Made by a program: the position numbers and the translations under genes. Positions 13,330 to 24,750 of a stretch of 64,000 nt of DNA are shown piece by piece. The stretch is from contig NW_026782036.1 of the NCBI RefSeq assembly GCF_031769215.1, positions 1,054,001 through 1,118,000 of the forward strand, written 5' to 3'. The first letter of the stretch is position 1. Each line of letters starts with the position of its first letter. Source of the DNA: Ylistrum balloti. Its lineage: Eukaryota. The notes under the pieces were generated by a model. That model ran no database searches. It was not told the origin of the DNA and was given only the letters and a program-made list of their open reading frames with translations.

Positions 13330-14616
13330 CTAATCAGCTTTAATAAGGTGGCCAGTGAATGATGGGAAGTACTGCCCGCGGATATAGTCACCACTTGACG
13401 ATCTATGGCGAACCCATACATCACTACCGATGTTTAAGTGCACATTGGAAGCACAGGTTCCCATAGCGTTGTATGTCTGGGACGCCCGGGCCCGACAGAG
13501 CAATGTACCGTCACGAACAAGCTCAATTTCAATGTAGTGTGTTTGATAAGACATAATAGTGACGACGAAATGATAGTATCCAGCCACTGGAGCCATGAAA
13601 CGGCCAATGAACGGGTCGTATCCTCCGCCTACTTTTGTGATGACATTGTCGAAGATGATGACTTCGTTGGAAGCTATTGGCGTCATGTCACTGTAAATAG
13701 TTGCTGCGAATGCCACGAAAGGAGTAGTGGCTCTTGTCTCTGTAATACATAGAATCTGTACATAGACTTGAATATTCCATATTTTAATTTCATACATATG
13801 GGCGAGATATATATATACGAGTCTGCAGCAAATATTGAAAGCCAGTGTAACATAAGGGTAAAACGAAAGGCAGTTGCATGCGGTAAATAGCCATCAAAAA
13901 TCATTATAAATTTATAGGTGTTAAAATTGTAGCTTGAGCACAATTCTGTGGACGACAGAGGTGTTAGGATATATGAGGTCTGCAGTTTACATTTTCATAA
14001 ATATTATAAATATGATAAATGTCTTATATTTATTCAACGAAAAACGAAGCTAATTTGCAATAATATAAAGTTTGTTCTGAAGCATGTAATCCGAACATGG
14101 TTACACCTTTTACTTGATAAATGTGGGATACACTCGTTATAACATAATGTAGATTGAAGTACGCATGATAAAACGGGTTAAAGTGTCTAGTAACAGGATT
14201 TTACTTCTTCTGAACACGGTTTCTATCAGTCGGAACTTTTGAAATATTAACCGTATTCTAGGTTCATATCAATATGTATTAAACGAAATGCATTGTTTGA
14301 CAAATATATCTGTATTTCTTGTCATATATTGTATATTATTGAATTGTAGAATTTCACATCATAGAAACATTCATTTATCGCAACATATTAACAAATGATT
14401 AAATACATTACCACGAAACCTTCCTACATCTGTGTGAGACGAGTTGTCTCCCTGAGAACATGGACATTGCGCCTTGATCTCATTCAGCTCTGCAGTAACC
14501 TTCTCCAGCTGAGCTTCAAGTTTGCTAAGTCGATCTTCATTTGAAAGTCTACCAAAGACACTTGTCAACGTAACCAGTACAATTAAAACCTTAACACAAA
14601 GACTATAAGTTGCCAT
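13330..14616 (-). CDS. C1q-domain-containing secreted protein A (signal peptide + coiled coil + gC1q). Exons 14412-14616 and 13330-13739
   Basis: Exon 1 MATYSLCVKVLIVLVTLTSVFG..DRLSKLEAQLEKVTAELNEIK; phase-1 donor G|GTAATG and acceptor TACAG|AG. Exon 2 has VAFAATI, IIFDNVITKVGGGYDPFIGRFMAPVAGYYHF, SDVWV and PSFTGHLI, the gC1q signature. Confidence 0.95.
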
Positions 14617-14794
14617 GTCTCCCTGCTGTCAACAAAGTTCTCAGTGAAGTTACATCAAGCACTAATGAGTCGAGCAGGTGACGCTGACACCACGGCCTCG
14701 ATCTGAAGTAGGCGTATGCAGAGATAAGGTTTAAGTCTGGACTAAACCAGAGGTCAATATACATATGTGTTACATTTCAATAATACCTATCAAC
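14617..14794. promoter_or_regulatory. Putative bidirectional promoter between C1qDC A and B, with AGATAAG (14722-14728) and AGGTCA (14751-14756)
   Basis: Only 178 nt separate the divergent ATGs. The block CCTCGATCTGAA..AGATAAGGTT.AAGTC.GGAC.AAACC.GAGGTCAATAT is conserved in the duplicate at 19730-19800. Confidence 0.7.
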
Positions 14795-15687
14795 ATGGCT
14801 TCCTATACAGCGATTTGGTGCTGTGTCGCAGTTTTAGTGGTAGTAGGAGTAAACTGTATGGAAAATGAAGAAAACTTAATTAGAGAGAGAATAGAAAAGT
14901 TGGAAGCATTAAATGATAATCTCAAACAACAACTTAATGGTCAAAAAATCGTTTATAATGATCTTCTAAATGAGTTGGCAACGTCATCGGATTTTACAGT
15001 AAGGGACAATGATCATCAAAAGAGACAGTCATTGAGTAAGTACATCTTCTTTTTTTTTTTTTTTTTTACTTATCTTTTGTTTACCATCTGCATGGAAAAT
15101 AGGATATAACATCGATAATAATGATCAACAATAATGATGATCAGTTGATAATGATAAACTGCATAAAAGCTTGCTTTTCAGAGATTCAGGGGGGGGGAGG
15201 GGTGGTTCTTGTTTTTGGCTTCCATTTTTAATATCTTCAAATATATCAACTGTGTTTGAATTTCCAAATTTGTTTTTCATTTTATTCGACAGCATGTGAT
15301 GGTCCTGTGGTGTTCCATGCCAGACTTCAGAATTCCATTTACCCTATTGGAACCAATCAGATTATTGCCTATGAAGACGTTGTCACCAATGTTGGTAATG
15401 GGTATGATTCATTTACTGGTCTCTTCCGGGCGCCAGTAGGGGGAGCTTACGAATTCGTCGCTACCATGTGGTCGTCCGACGGCAATTATCTGGAATTTGA
15501 AATGGTTCGAAATGGTGTGGACTTGTGCTACGGAAGGGCTAGTCAATCAAACCAGACCATGGGAACGTGTGTTAGTATGGTGGAATTGTCAGCTGGAGAC
15601 AGGGTATGGGTCAGGCATCTCAGTGGCAGGGGTACCTATGCCAACGGTGCGGACTATCCATCTTTCGTTGGTCATCTTATCGTATAA
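14795..15687 (+). CDS. C1q-domain-containing secreted protein B. Exons 14795-15035 and 15293-15687
   Basis: Exon 1 MASYTAIWCCVAVLVVVGVNC..ERIEKLEALNDNLKQQL..QKRQSL; donor A|GTAAGT and acceptor CGACAG|CA. Exon 2 has VVFHARL, YEDVVTNVGNGYDSFTGLFRAPVGGAYEF, GDRVWV and PSFVGHLI. Confidence 0.95.
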
Positions 15688-16309
15688 ATTATTTACGTAA
15701 ACAAAATAAACAAACTGTCTTTCCACTTATTGTTCTATAATTTGTTGGTAGTGTAAATGAAAGCGATATTAAAAGTGTTGAAAAAATGAAATAGCAAGAC
15801 GATATATCTGTAATTATTGATCAGCATTGTATGTTCATCATTTTGATAATCAAGACTGTCATAGTTTATTTTCTGTTTAAACATATATCCTTTTATGTAA
15901 GTGTGATGGCCACAAAGATAAATGAAGAGTTAATGAAATTAATTCCAATGCTGTATAGGAACCAACCAACATGAATCAAAGCATGTGTTATTCACCGAAA
16001 ATAACTTCTCATCCATGGCGCTACATAGGTAGCAGGAAACAGTCAATTTGCATTTTTTTTCTGAAATCATTGGTCATGTTTGAGGTATACAGGTATAGCA
16101 GTTTGGTTATGAAAATACATCCTTACATGACTGATTTCTGTGATTGCCATGGTTACCATCTCTAAAAATGCTACAAATGAAAAAATACTGCTAATTTCAA
16201 CCTAACACCACAACTTTATAGAAGAAATTTATTTCTGTAGACCTGTTTTAAAATCAAGAACAATGGGGTAACCTAATGAACAAATATATCACCTTTGGCC
16301 ACACCGAGA

Positions 16310-16450
16310 AACAGTGTACTGCTTCCATAGTATTATTCTCGTTGCACTGTTTCCGAGATTCACCTTTAAGTCTTTCTTTTGTGCATATTTTGCCATAGTT
16401 TCATCGACTTTTAGTTCGAATTCAGAACAATACTGATGTTTCCAGTAATG
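16310..16450 (+). mobile_element. Highly decayed 3'-tail fragment of the Naiad-like PLE
   Basis: Partial match (TTTCC.AGATTCA..TTTGT.CATATTTTGC.TAG..GA.TTT.AGTT.G.ATT) to the tails at 18690-18780 and 38450-38540. Confidence 0.45.
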
Positions 16451-18464
16451 GTACTCAGATGATATATACAAATATCTCTTGAACACTAGGAGACGGTTTT
16501 TCTAAACTCACCAGTATCACACTCATAACTCGTGTTTCGTTAGAAAAAAAACGACGCAGAGTACCTCAAACTCGCTGTCGTATAAGAGTACTTTTAGTAC
16601 TAAACTGCCTCGTTACAGTTTGAAAGCTGAGTGTACACTTTCGTCCATTCGCCGTATTATGAGCGGTCGTCAAGGCTCGCTTGCTGTTGGATTAAGAACT
16701 GCTTGACTAATTATTGTCGCTGATCCTAATGATCCTGATACAACATGTAAGATGTCGCTGAGGTTGGCTAGGTTATCGTGTGTAAATAACCATTCAGGGA
16801 ATCCTTTTGGCACCAAAGACACCACCAAGATGGAAATCCATCCTATAGTCTTAAATCGGACACAATATGTTTAGAAAAAGACGTTTTGATCAGATGGTTT
16901 AACATTTCTTTCAGCCCGAAGTTCAAAACGTGTAAAAGAAATTCAACAATGTTTCATATATTTACTTACATTTCTTAGCATTTGGTTAATTTTGATATTT
17001 CTATTCAATGAAAGGCAGTTTTGATGATGTATTTGCCAATTCCAGGCAAATTAGTAGAAAGCAGTATTATTTTGAATAACCTATGCATAAACGGAATGCT
17101 TTTCTGAAAGTTGGTGAGGAAATGACATTAGAAAAGTATTTCTTTACCTTTATTTTCTAAATTGTGTTAACAACATTTAAACATAAAGTTCAAATTTAAA
17201 GATCATTTTAATTTGAGTATATATTTACAATAATGATTGAGAATAATTGTATCGATCTTGATAATTACCATCTACTAACAACCAAAATAAGAGGGAGTTT
17301 TACCACAATCGTTATATAACAGATACAGAAAGATTGTTTCCTTAACGTTTATGTGTATCGACCTTACGATTTGTTTTTGAAAAATCTTAAAATCATATAG
17401 GTATCCGACACTGAAAATGGACTTTGGTAACAGGCTCAAATATTCTGAGCAGTCGCCTATTCACGATCAGCTATCTACTGCTTTTGTATATTAATTCCAA
17501 GAAATATCAGAAATGCTAGAAATATACCTGGAAGAATAGTTGTTTGTTGTTGAATTACTTCACACTCGCTTCACGTCCTATGCGAATTGCATTATAAGCA
17601 TGCCTTAGCTTAGAAGTGAGATTCCCGATATCAAATGCTTTCGATTAATTACTATTGTTGATTCACTTGAATCATTTTACTATTTTTACTCAGTACCTGC
17701 CCGTTTATGGAAACGTTAAAGAGTGTTGTCAATTTTATTTTCATAATAAATTAAATTTCCTTCATAGATGTATGTGATTTTAATTTCATTTCACCTCATA
17801 TTTATTTTCGGAGAACTTTCACAAATAATGAGTATCATTACAAGCAAGGATAAAGTTCTTGAGATTTGCCACAAACCTGCATGCTTATTTTGCGTTGTTT
17901 TAAAAATCAATTAGCAGAAATAGGTCATTTACTTTAAAACAATGTAAAGCAGTTGGATGTTAAAACTCAGATATGCTATTGATCATAACGGAAGTACAGC
18001 TTACATTCTGTTTATCAATATTTAAGGCGAATTTCGATTTTTACAATTTACAGATATTTCCACACTTTTGATTACCCTGTACAATCACTGATGGATTTTA
18101 GCTGACTAAGAACACATGGATAACGCATTCATATTTATTGACGTGGTACATGCACTCCATTTAACATTTCTTACATTTTTGAAAATGTCTTTTATATTCG
18201 CATGTTTTTTCTAGTATATCTAGATAATCCGGTCATACCAAGGATTTCAATTAGTGAAACCCAAACTGACCTGAGTTTCTATCTAATCTAACTTATGTTT
18301 ACAAACAGAAGTGCTAAAATATGATGAAAGTGATATTTTACAAGGACGGAAAAATAAGACTAGATGTATTTGTATATCGAGCTTATCGCTGGCCATTCAG
18401 GTGATATACAATTTACAGAAAATGCCTAGTAATAACCTTCATGAAAAGGTTGATAAAAATTAAA

Positions 18465-18790
18465 GGGAAGTTTTATGGTCGCCATAGTAATCTCATTGAG
18501 AAATATTTTATTTCTTTGTGTGACAAGAAGCTGGATGCTTGTTAGTTTGTTCCGTTGTTGTATACCTTGTTCTCAATTGAGAACGTGACATTACTAACTT
18601 GGATTGACCAATCTTAACATTGCGGGTGACGTCGATGGAGCAGAAGACGCTTATTCTTCCTGAATACCTGGAATCATTCACCTGTACTTTTTCAGGAGTC
18701 TCCGTGTAAATCTGTCTTTTGTACATATTTTGCCTTAGTGTTATGGAATTTGAATTTGAATTATGAAAATGTTGCCATGTTGGTATTTTC
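18465..18790 (+). mobile_element. 5'-truncated 3' end of Naiad-like PLE
   Basis: Begins with KFYGRHSNLIEKY-coding sequence, then the conserved tail GCGGGTGACGTCGATGGAGCAGAAGACGCTTATTCTTCCTGAATACCTGG. Confidence 0.8.
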
Positions 18791-18848
18791 CTTCACCAGA
18801 TATGATCATTAAGTCCAAAAAAAATTACGAAAACAAACTAATGAAGGT

Positions 18849-19654
18849 TTAATCAGCCTTTATAAGATGACCAGTGAAGGACGGGAAGTATTGCCCGTGA
18901 ACATAGTCACCACTTGAAGACTTATGGCGGACCCATACATCACTACCAACTCTCAGGTACACATTGGAAGAACATGCACCCATACCGTTGTATGTCTGGG
19001 ACGCCCGAGCCCGACAGAGCAGTGTACCATCACGAACAAGCTCAATTTCAATGTAGTGTGTTTGATAAGACAAAATAGTGACGACGAAATGATAGTATCC
19101 GGCCACTGGAGTCTGAAAACGGCCAATGAACGGGTCGTATCCTCCACCTACTTGTGTAATGACGTTGTCGAAGATGATGACCTCGTTGGAAGCTATTGGT
19201 GTCATGTCTCTGTAGATAGTTGCTGCGAATGCCACGAAAGGAGTAGTGGCTCTTGTCTCTGTAATATGAAATTGATATAAAGACTTTTTGTTAACTATGT
19301 AATCATCGGCAGGAAACTTGCTTGTAAAGATAAATACAAATTTATCTTTGATTTTGCATACACTTGTACATTTACAATAGTTGGTTATTGAACTTTGTTG
19401 TGTTCGCAATCTTATCAAAAGCATTGACGATGATATGTGAACAAAAGTTTGAATATATTACCGTAGAACTTTCCCTCGCCTGTATATGAAGAGTTGAGAT
19501 ACCATGGACATTGCGTCTTTATCTCCTTCAACTCTGTAGTAACCTTCTCAAGCTGGGCTTCAAGTTTGCTCAACCGATCTTCATTTGATCTACCAAAGGC
19601 GATAGACACTGTTACCAATAAAAGGATAGTAAGACAAAGACTAAAATTCAGCAT
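18849..19654 (-). CDS. C1q-domain-containing secreted protein A' (paralog of A). Exons 19462-19654 and 18849-19258
   Basis: Same exon phases as A and the same exon-2 length (410 nt). MLNFSLCLTILLLVTVSIAFGRSNEDRLSKLEAQLEKV.., intact gC1q domain. Confidence 0.95.
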
Positions 19655-19829
19655 GTTACCCTACTGTCTTGTCTACAGAGCTGTAAGTAAACTTTTTTGG
19701 AGTTCCAAGTACTCCATACTTAAAACATGACCTCGATCTGAAATAGAGGTTTGTAGACAAAGATAAGGTTCAAGTCAGGACAAAACCTGAGGTCAATATA
19801 TGTTTTTGTGTCAATGATATTAATCAAAC
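19655..19829. promoter_or_regulatory. Duplicate bidirectional promoter between A' and B', with AGATAAG (19761-19767) and AGGTCA (19790-19795)
   Basis: 175 nt between the divergent ATGs. Motif block is conserved with 14695-14760. Confidence 0.7.
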
Positions 19830-20799
19830 ATGGCTTCCAAGACAGCAGCATGGTGTTTGGCCGCCCTTTTAACAACAGTAGTGGGGAACTGGAAAGAAAA
19901 TGAGGAATACGTTATAAGAGAAAGAATAGAAAAGTTGGAAGCATTAAATGATAATCTCAAACAACAACTTAATGGTCAAAAAATCATTTATAATGATCTT
20001 CTAAATGAGTTGGCAACGTCATCAGATTTTACAGTAAGAGGCAATGATCATCAAAGGAGACAGGCATTGAGTAAGTAGGCCTTGTCTCAATTTCACTTAA
20101 AATTTGACTGTTGATTTATCGTATGATGTATGTTTAGATATATATTAAATGAAACCTGAATACTACAATGGTTTCATATTCTGATGCTTTGTTATGCCAT
20201 TACACTAAAACGGGTTTAAAAAGTCATGCATTTTAAAAATACATCTTTGAAAACGCTGATTTGATTTGCGAGTATAACCTTTTGGCACAGTTATGTAAAA
20301 TACAGCAAAGCCACACAATGAATTAAACTGCATCATACTGTCATTATTTTTAACCTATGAAACAACTTATTTTTAACAGAATTCCTTTTTATTTTATTCG
20401 ACAGCATGTGATGGTCCTGTGGTGTTCCATGCCAGACTTCAGAATTCCATTTACCCTATTGGAACCAATCAGATTATAGCCTATGAAGACGTTATCACCA
20501 ATGTTGGTAATGGGTATGATTCATTTACTGGTCTCTTCCGGGCGCCAGTAGGAGGTGCTTACGAATTCATCGCTACCATGTGGTCGTCCGACGGCAATTA
20601 TCTGGAATTTGAAATGGTTCGAAATGGTGTGGACTTGTGCTACGGAAGGGCTAGTCAATCAAACCAGACCATGGGAACGTGTGTTAGTATGGTGGAATTG
20701 TCAGCTGGAGACAGGGTATGGGTCAGGCATCTCAGTGGCAAAGGTGCCTATGCCAATGGTGCGGACTATCCATCTTTCGTTGGTCATCTTATCGTGTAG
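19830..20799 (+). CDS. C1q-domain-containing secreted protein B' (paralog of B). Exons 19830-20070 and 20405-20799
   Basis: Exon lengths 241 and 395 nt are identical to B. Donor A|GTAAGT, acceptor CGACAG|CA. gC1q domain nearly identical to B. Confidence 0.95.
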
Positions 20800-21309
20800 A
20801 TTGTTTACGTAAATAAAATAAACTATTTCTCTGTATTGTTCTGAATTTTGTTGTCCGTGTAAATGCATGTGATTTTAAATATGAAAATCTTAACAAAGCA
20901 GTATCAATAGTTTTCATTTACATACAATCTACCTGTAAATATATTTGACGTTTACTGTTGATAATCAAGGCTGTCATAGTTTATTTTATTTTAAACACAT
21001 ATCCTGGTATGAAGATATGAATGATACATCATGAAAACCTAATTATTGCACATCCTTGGTCATAAAAGAACGTTTTTGTGTGGTTTAAAGACGTCCCTGA
21101 CCCGCCTCTGTTCAACTATCCCCTTCGCTCGATTTTTGGATTGCACTTTCCATATAATCCATCAGATTCCCATAAAGCATGCGAAGAAAAATACAACATG
21201 TTTTGTTACTTTGTCACATATATTATATAATCTTCGCTCAGTACAAAAGTTTTCTTACGACTCCTCAGTGATTCCGACGGCCTATATAGTTAAACCTAGG
21301 AGACGACGA

Positions 21310-22140
21310 TATACATATAACGATAAACAAATTCCATTTTAGATATACATGTGAAAAAGCAAAATGACAAAATTGTTATTGACATCTATCATAAACCAAC
21401 GGACACTCTTCAATATTTACTTTTTGGATCTTGCCATCCAGGACACATGGCACGTGCAATCCCGTACAGCTAGACACGAAGGATCATTACCATTGTCAGC
21501 GAACAAGTCAAAGGGGAACGTCTCAACGAACTCTAAACGTTTTTGAATCTACAACATTACCCAAAAAAATAATAGAAGATGGCATAAAAAGAGCTGAAGA
21601 ACTTAACAGGACAGCATTATTACAACCCAGAGAAAACGAAAAAGATAGCTCACTAATAATTCCATTCGTTTCGAGACATAACCCAAGAAATAAAAACTTA
21701 AGTCGAACAGTAAACAGTTTAAATGAGATACTGAAACAGGATGAACAAATTAAGGATGTATTTGCAGAGGCCGAACTTATCAATAGTAAAAGACAACCAA
21801 AATGTTTGAAGCGGATCTTGTACAAATCAAAGTATTAAGAACAGCAAGAATATAAAGTGGTTAAGTGTAAAAATCCACGCGCTATGGTACATGCGAGTAT
21901 ATAATGGAAGGGAAGTCCTTTAAATTCGGAACAAAGGAGTTCAACATAACCTGTAATATGTTATGTTATACAAAAAATGTAATTGATGTGATAACATGCC
22001 CTGGTTGCAAGGAATTTTACATTGGGGAAACGAGCAACACCTTGTAAGCTCGCGTACGTGTACATAAACAACATATAAATGCACCACAATATCGTCAAAT
22101 TAAGTTAAACGAACATTTAGATATATGTGAAAAACAAGAA
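21310..22140 (+). mobile_element. Decayed Penelope-like retroelement with C-terminal GIY-YIG endonuclease (Penelope/Neptune-type architecture), 5'-truncated
   Basis: Translates as IPF(LD)IHVKK..DIYHKPTDTLQYLLFGSCHPGH..AIPYS (RT palm/thumb), then a linker (ORF 21431-21838, PFVSRHNP), then NVIDVITCPGCKEFYIGETSNTL*ARVRVHKQHI (GIY-YIG). Contains stops and frameshifts. Confidence 0.9.
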
Positions 22141-23479
22141 CTTTCTATGTAAATATGTAAAACATCTGTGTTTTCCAGTGTTTTAACTTATATTTAAATA
22201 TATATATATATATATTGTGTATGTATTTGGGAGAACCCATCGTACTTGATAATTTGTGTGTTTGTGTCCGACGTGTAGTGAAAACAAAATATATGAAATC
22301 GACAACTGCATCCCGCTTTCAAAATTGTAATGTTTTGCCTTAGTAATGCGTGTAAAGAGAAAAAAAATAGTATCTCATTCTAGCAAGAACTGACGACAAC
22401 TGACGATGTCAAAAGTGCTGTGCCATACAGTTAAGTCAATCATATGGTCATGCTACATCTAATTAATTGTATTAAAACATATTATTAGGTGTGTTGTCTT
22501 AAGAACAATCTTTTGCAAGTGGACATTAATGGAGAGATTTACCGTTACCCAGAATGCAATGTTCACATCATTCTTGCAATCATCTAATATTGAAAGTTTG
22601 GAAGTCCATTATATAAAAGTGTACCTCCTCATCTATTAATTCATTAATTATGACATAGGTTTCCAACATTTTAAGTCTCTAGCATTACAACAAGTCATTT
22701 TCTCTGCCATGTAGACATACTTATCTAAAATGTGCTATCTGAATTAAAGGATTCTGGTGTCAGTGCCAAACGCAAAATTTTGCCCGTGAGTCAGGGAAAT
22801 ATTGTCATTGCACAGGACTATTTCACTTGCCTTCCAAGCATAGGTTTTTTTCTGGATAAATTAGATAAAATGAAAGAGATTAAATGCCATGTATCTCGTG
22901 TAAATTCAGGATTACATCGTTAATTATTACGTATGACCATAACTTGAATGCAATACTAACACTTGAGTATAGATGATTAATTAATTAATAATTAATTCAA
23001 CATTTCATAATATCTTCTATATTTACGTTAAATATATATATAGTGCATTGTTTTATAATGATGTTTGGTTCAACGTTTTCTTTTATTTTGCTAATTTATG
23101 TCTGCAAAAACAAGGTTATATTCAACCTGCAACTTGTCATTATCATTACTGCTCATGTTATTGATATCTTATGTAGTATATGTTGTTGATCTCTTTGCTA
23201 GTTGTAGTAAAATGTTCTGTCACCCAAAGCTTGATGCATAAGGGATATATTATTCGATAAACCATGTAAGGGACTATTGCTTTCTCTAGTGATTTTATTT
23301 CTGCAATATATAATCTGCAGTCTTATTCCGACTTCGAAATTAACCGAATTGCAGTATAATGCAGAAAACAGAATATCATAAACAGTGCATGCTGATATAT
23401 ATATAATCGGATAAAAACTGATAAACTTGTTTTCGTATCAAAGAAATACATGTTGATATATTGGACAAAAGTAGGTACA

Positions 23480-23715
23480 TCTCCTTGTCCTACTTCAAAA
23501 TAACGATGCTTAAACTGATCGAAGAAAGCGGAGTCGATGGAACACAAGTAGAAACCTTATCCTGTCAGCAATCAGTAGGATGATGTCTTATCGATGTTAA
23601 GTATGTTGTGTAGGTCGAAAGACACAAGTGGGTTCACTTCCTTGTCCTAAATCAGTTTGGTGATGCCTTATCTGTTTAGAGTAAGCGTGGGTCGAAACCA
23701 TATGTGCAGACAACT
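23480..23715. repeat. Degenerate ~79-bp tandem triplicate of unknown origin
   Basis: Recurring anchors: C(T/C)TGTC at 23484/23561/23641, GATG.CTTA at ~23505/23582/23665, GTCGA at ~23533/23614/23691, ACACAAGT at 23542/23622. Confidence 0.6.
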
Positions 23716-24269
23716 AGCAAATGGACAGATTCAGATTCAAACAACCAATCAGGTGATTTCATTTTGCAGAGGTCAAACATTTCCGTAATACGAGAAACAC
23801 GAACAGGGAAGAAAACCTTTTGTCCTCATCAGTCTGTGTCACAGTACCAGCTGTTCGGTCACATATTTCTTCACCGACTTTCAACTTAGGTCAAATAGTA
23901 TATGAAGGTCATATAAGTGATTAGCACCTTTAATTATAGATAAAGTATTACATACAACGTCTTATTGATATCAGATGTGCATGTAAAACGGCGCTCTATT
24001 GTCATTTTGTTTCACTTATTATTTGAAGCTGACGAATCATCAATAACTTTAACATGCCAAGCTCTTCTAAATGTTACATTACCAAATATAGATCGGATTA
24101 GTATTTATGTTGTACTTTACTATATAATTAATAAGATATTGTGTGACTTTAAAATGGGTTAATTACTTTCATAATAAATGTATGTACTATAAACATTGTA
24201 TAGAAGACATACATGTGAAAATCACCTTTCAATTCAGTAATGTAGAGCTAAATGATAAATTATAATTAG

Positions 24270-24750
24270 TTGAATTAAATGTACACATGTCGCAGTTGAT
24301 TCGACAGTCAATGTCCTGTTCACGTTATCACAATTTGCGTGCAAATAGTTGTCAGCTGTCGAACAAACTCGTAACGAAGTTTCAAATGACGCAGGTTGAT
24401 AATGATTATGGGAATGTTTTATGGTCGCCATGGTGATCTCATTGGAAAATATTCTATTTCTTTATGTGATGTGAAGCTAAGCGTGCTTGGTACTTGTTAG
24501 TTTGTCTGTTGGTTCCGTTTTTATATACCTTGCTCTCATTTGAAATAACGTACTCGTATTGACCATGATTAACATGGTGGGGGTCGTCGATAAAGAAGAA
24601 AAGGCTTTCTCTTACGAAACAACTGGTCTTATTCCTCTTGTAGCTTTTCATGAGTATCCGTATAAATCTTTCATTTATTTATATTTTGTCCTAATTTGAT
24701 TGAATTTGGGTTTGGATTATGATTGTGTTGGCATGTTGGTATTTTCTTGT
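24270..24750 (+). mobile_element. 5'-truncated 3' end of Naiad-like PLE
   Basis: Codes YMSQLIR..SCSRY and TTTTATGGTCGCCATGGTGATCTCATTG (FYGRHGDLI), followed by the same conserved tail. Confidence 0.8.

Noticed and set aside
13438-13752. Plus-strand ORFs opposite C1qDC A and A' (also 18924-19280) and alternate-frame ORFs at 15497, 20555 and 32955
   Set aside because: Antisense or off-frame shadows of gC1q exons. They are shared between paralogs only because the exons are duplicated.
16615-16685. Hammerhead-like string on the minus strand (TTGACGA...GGACGAAA-GTGTACAC-TC)
   Set aside because: The core is not CUGANGA, stem II does not pair and stem I is out of register. The isolated GGACGAAA at ~13092 (minus) was likewise rejected.
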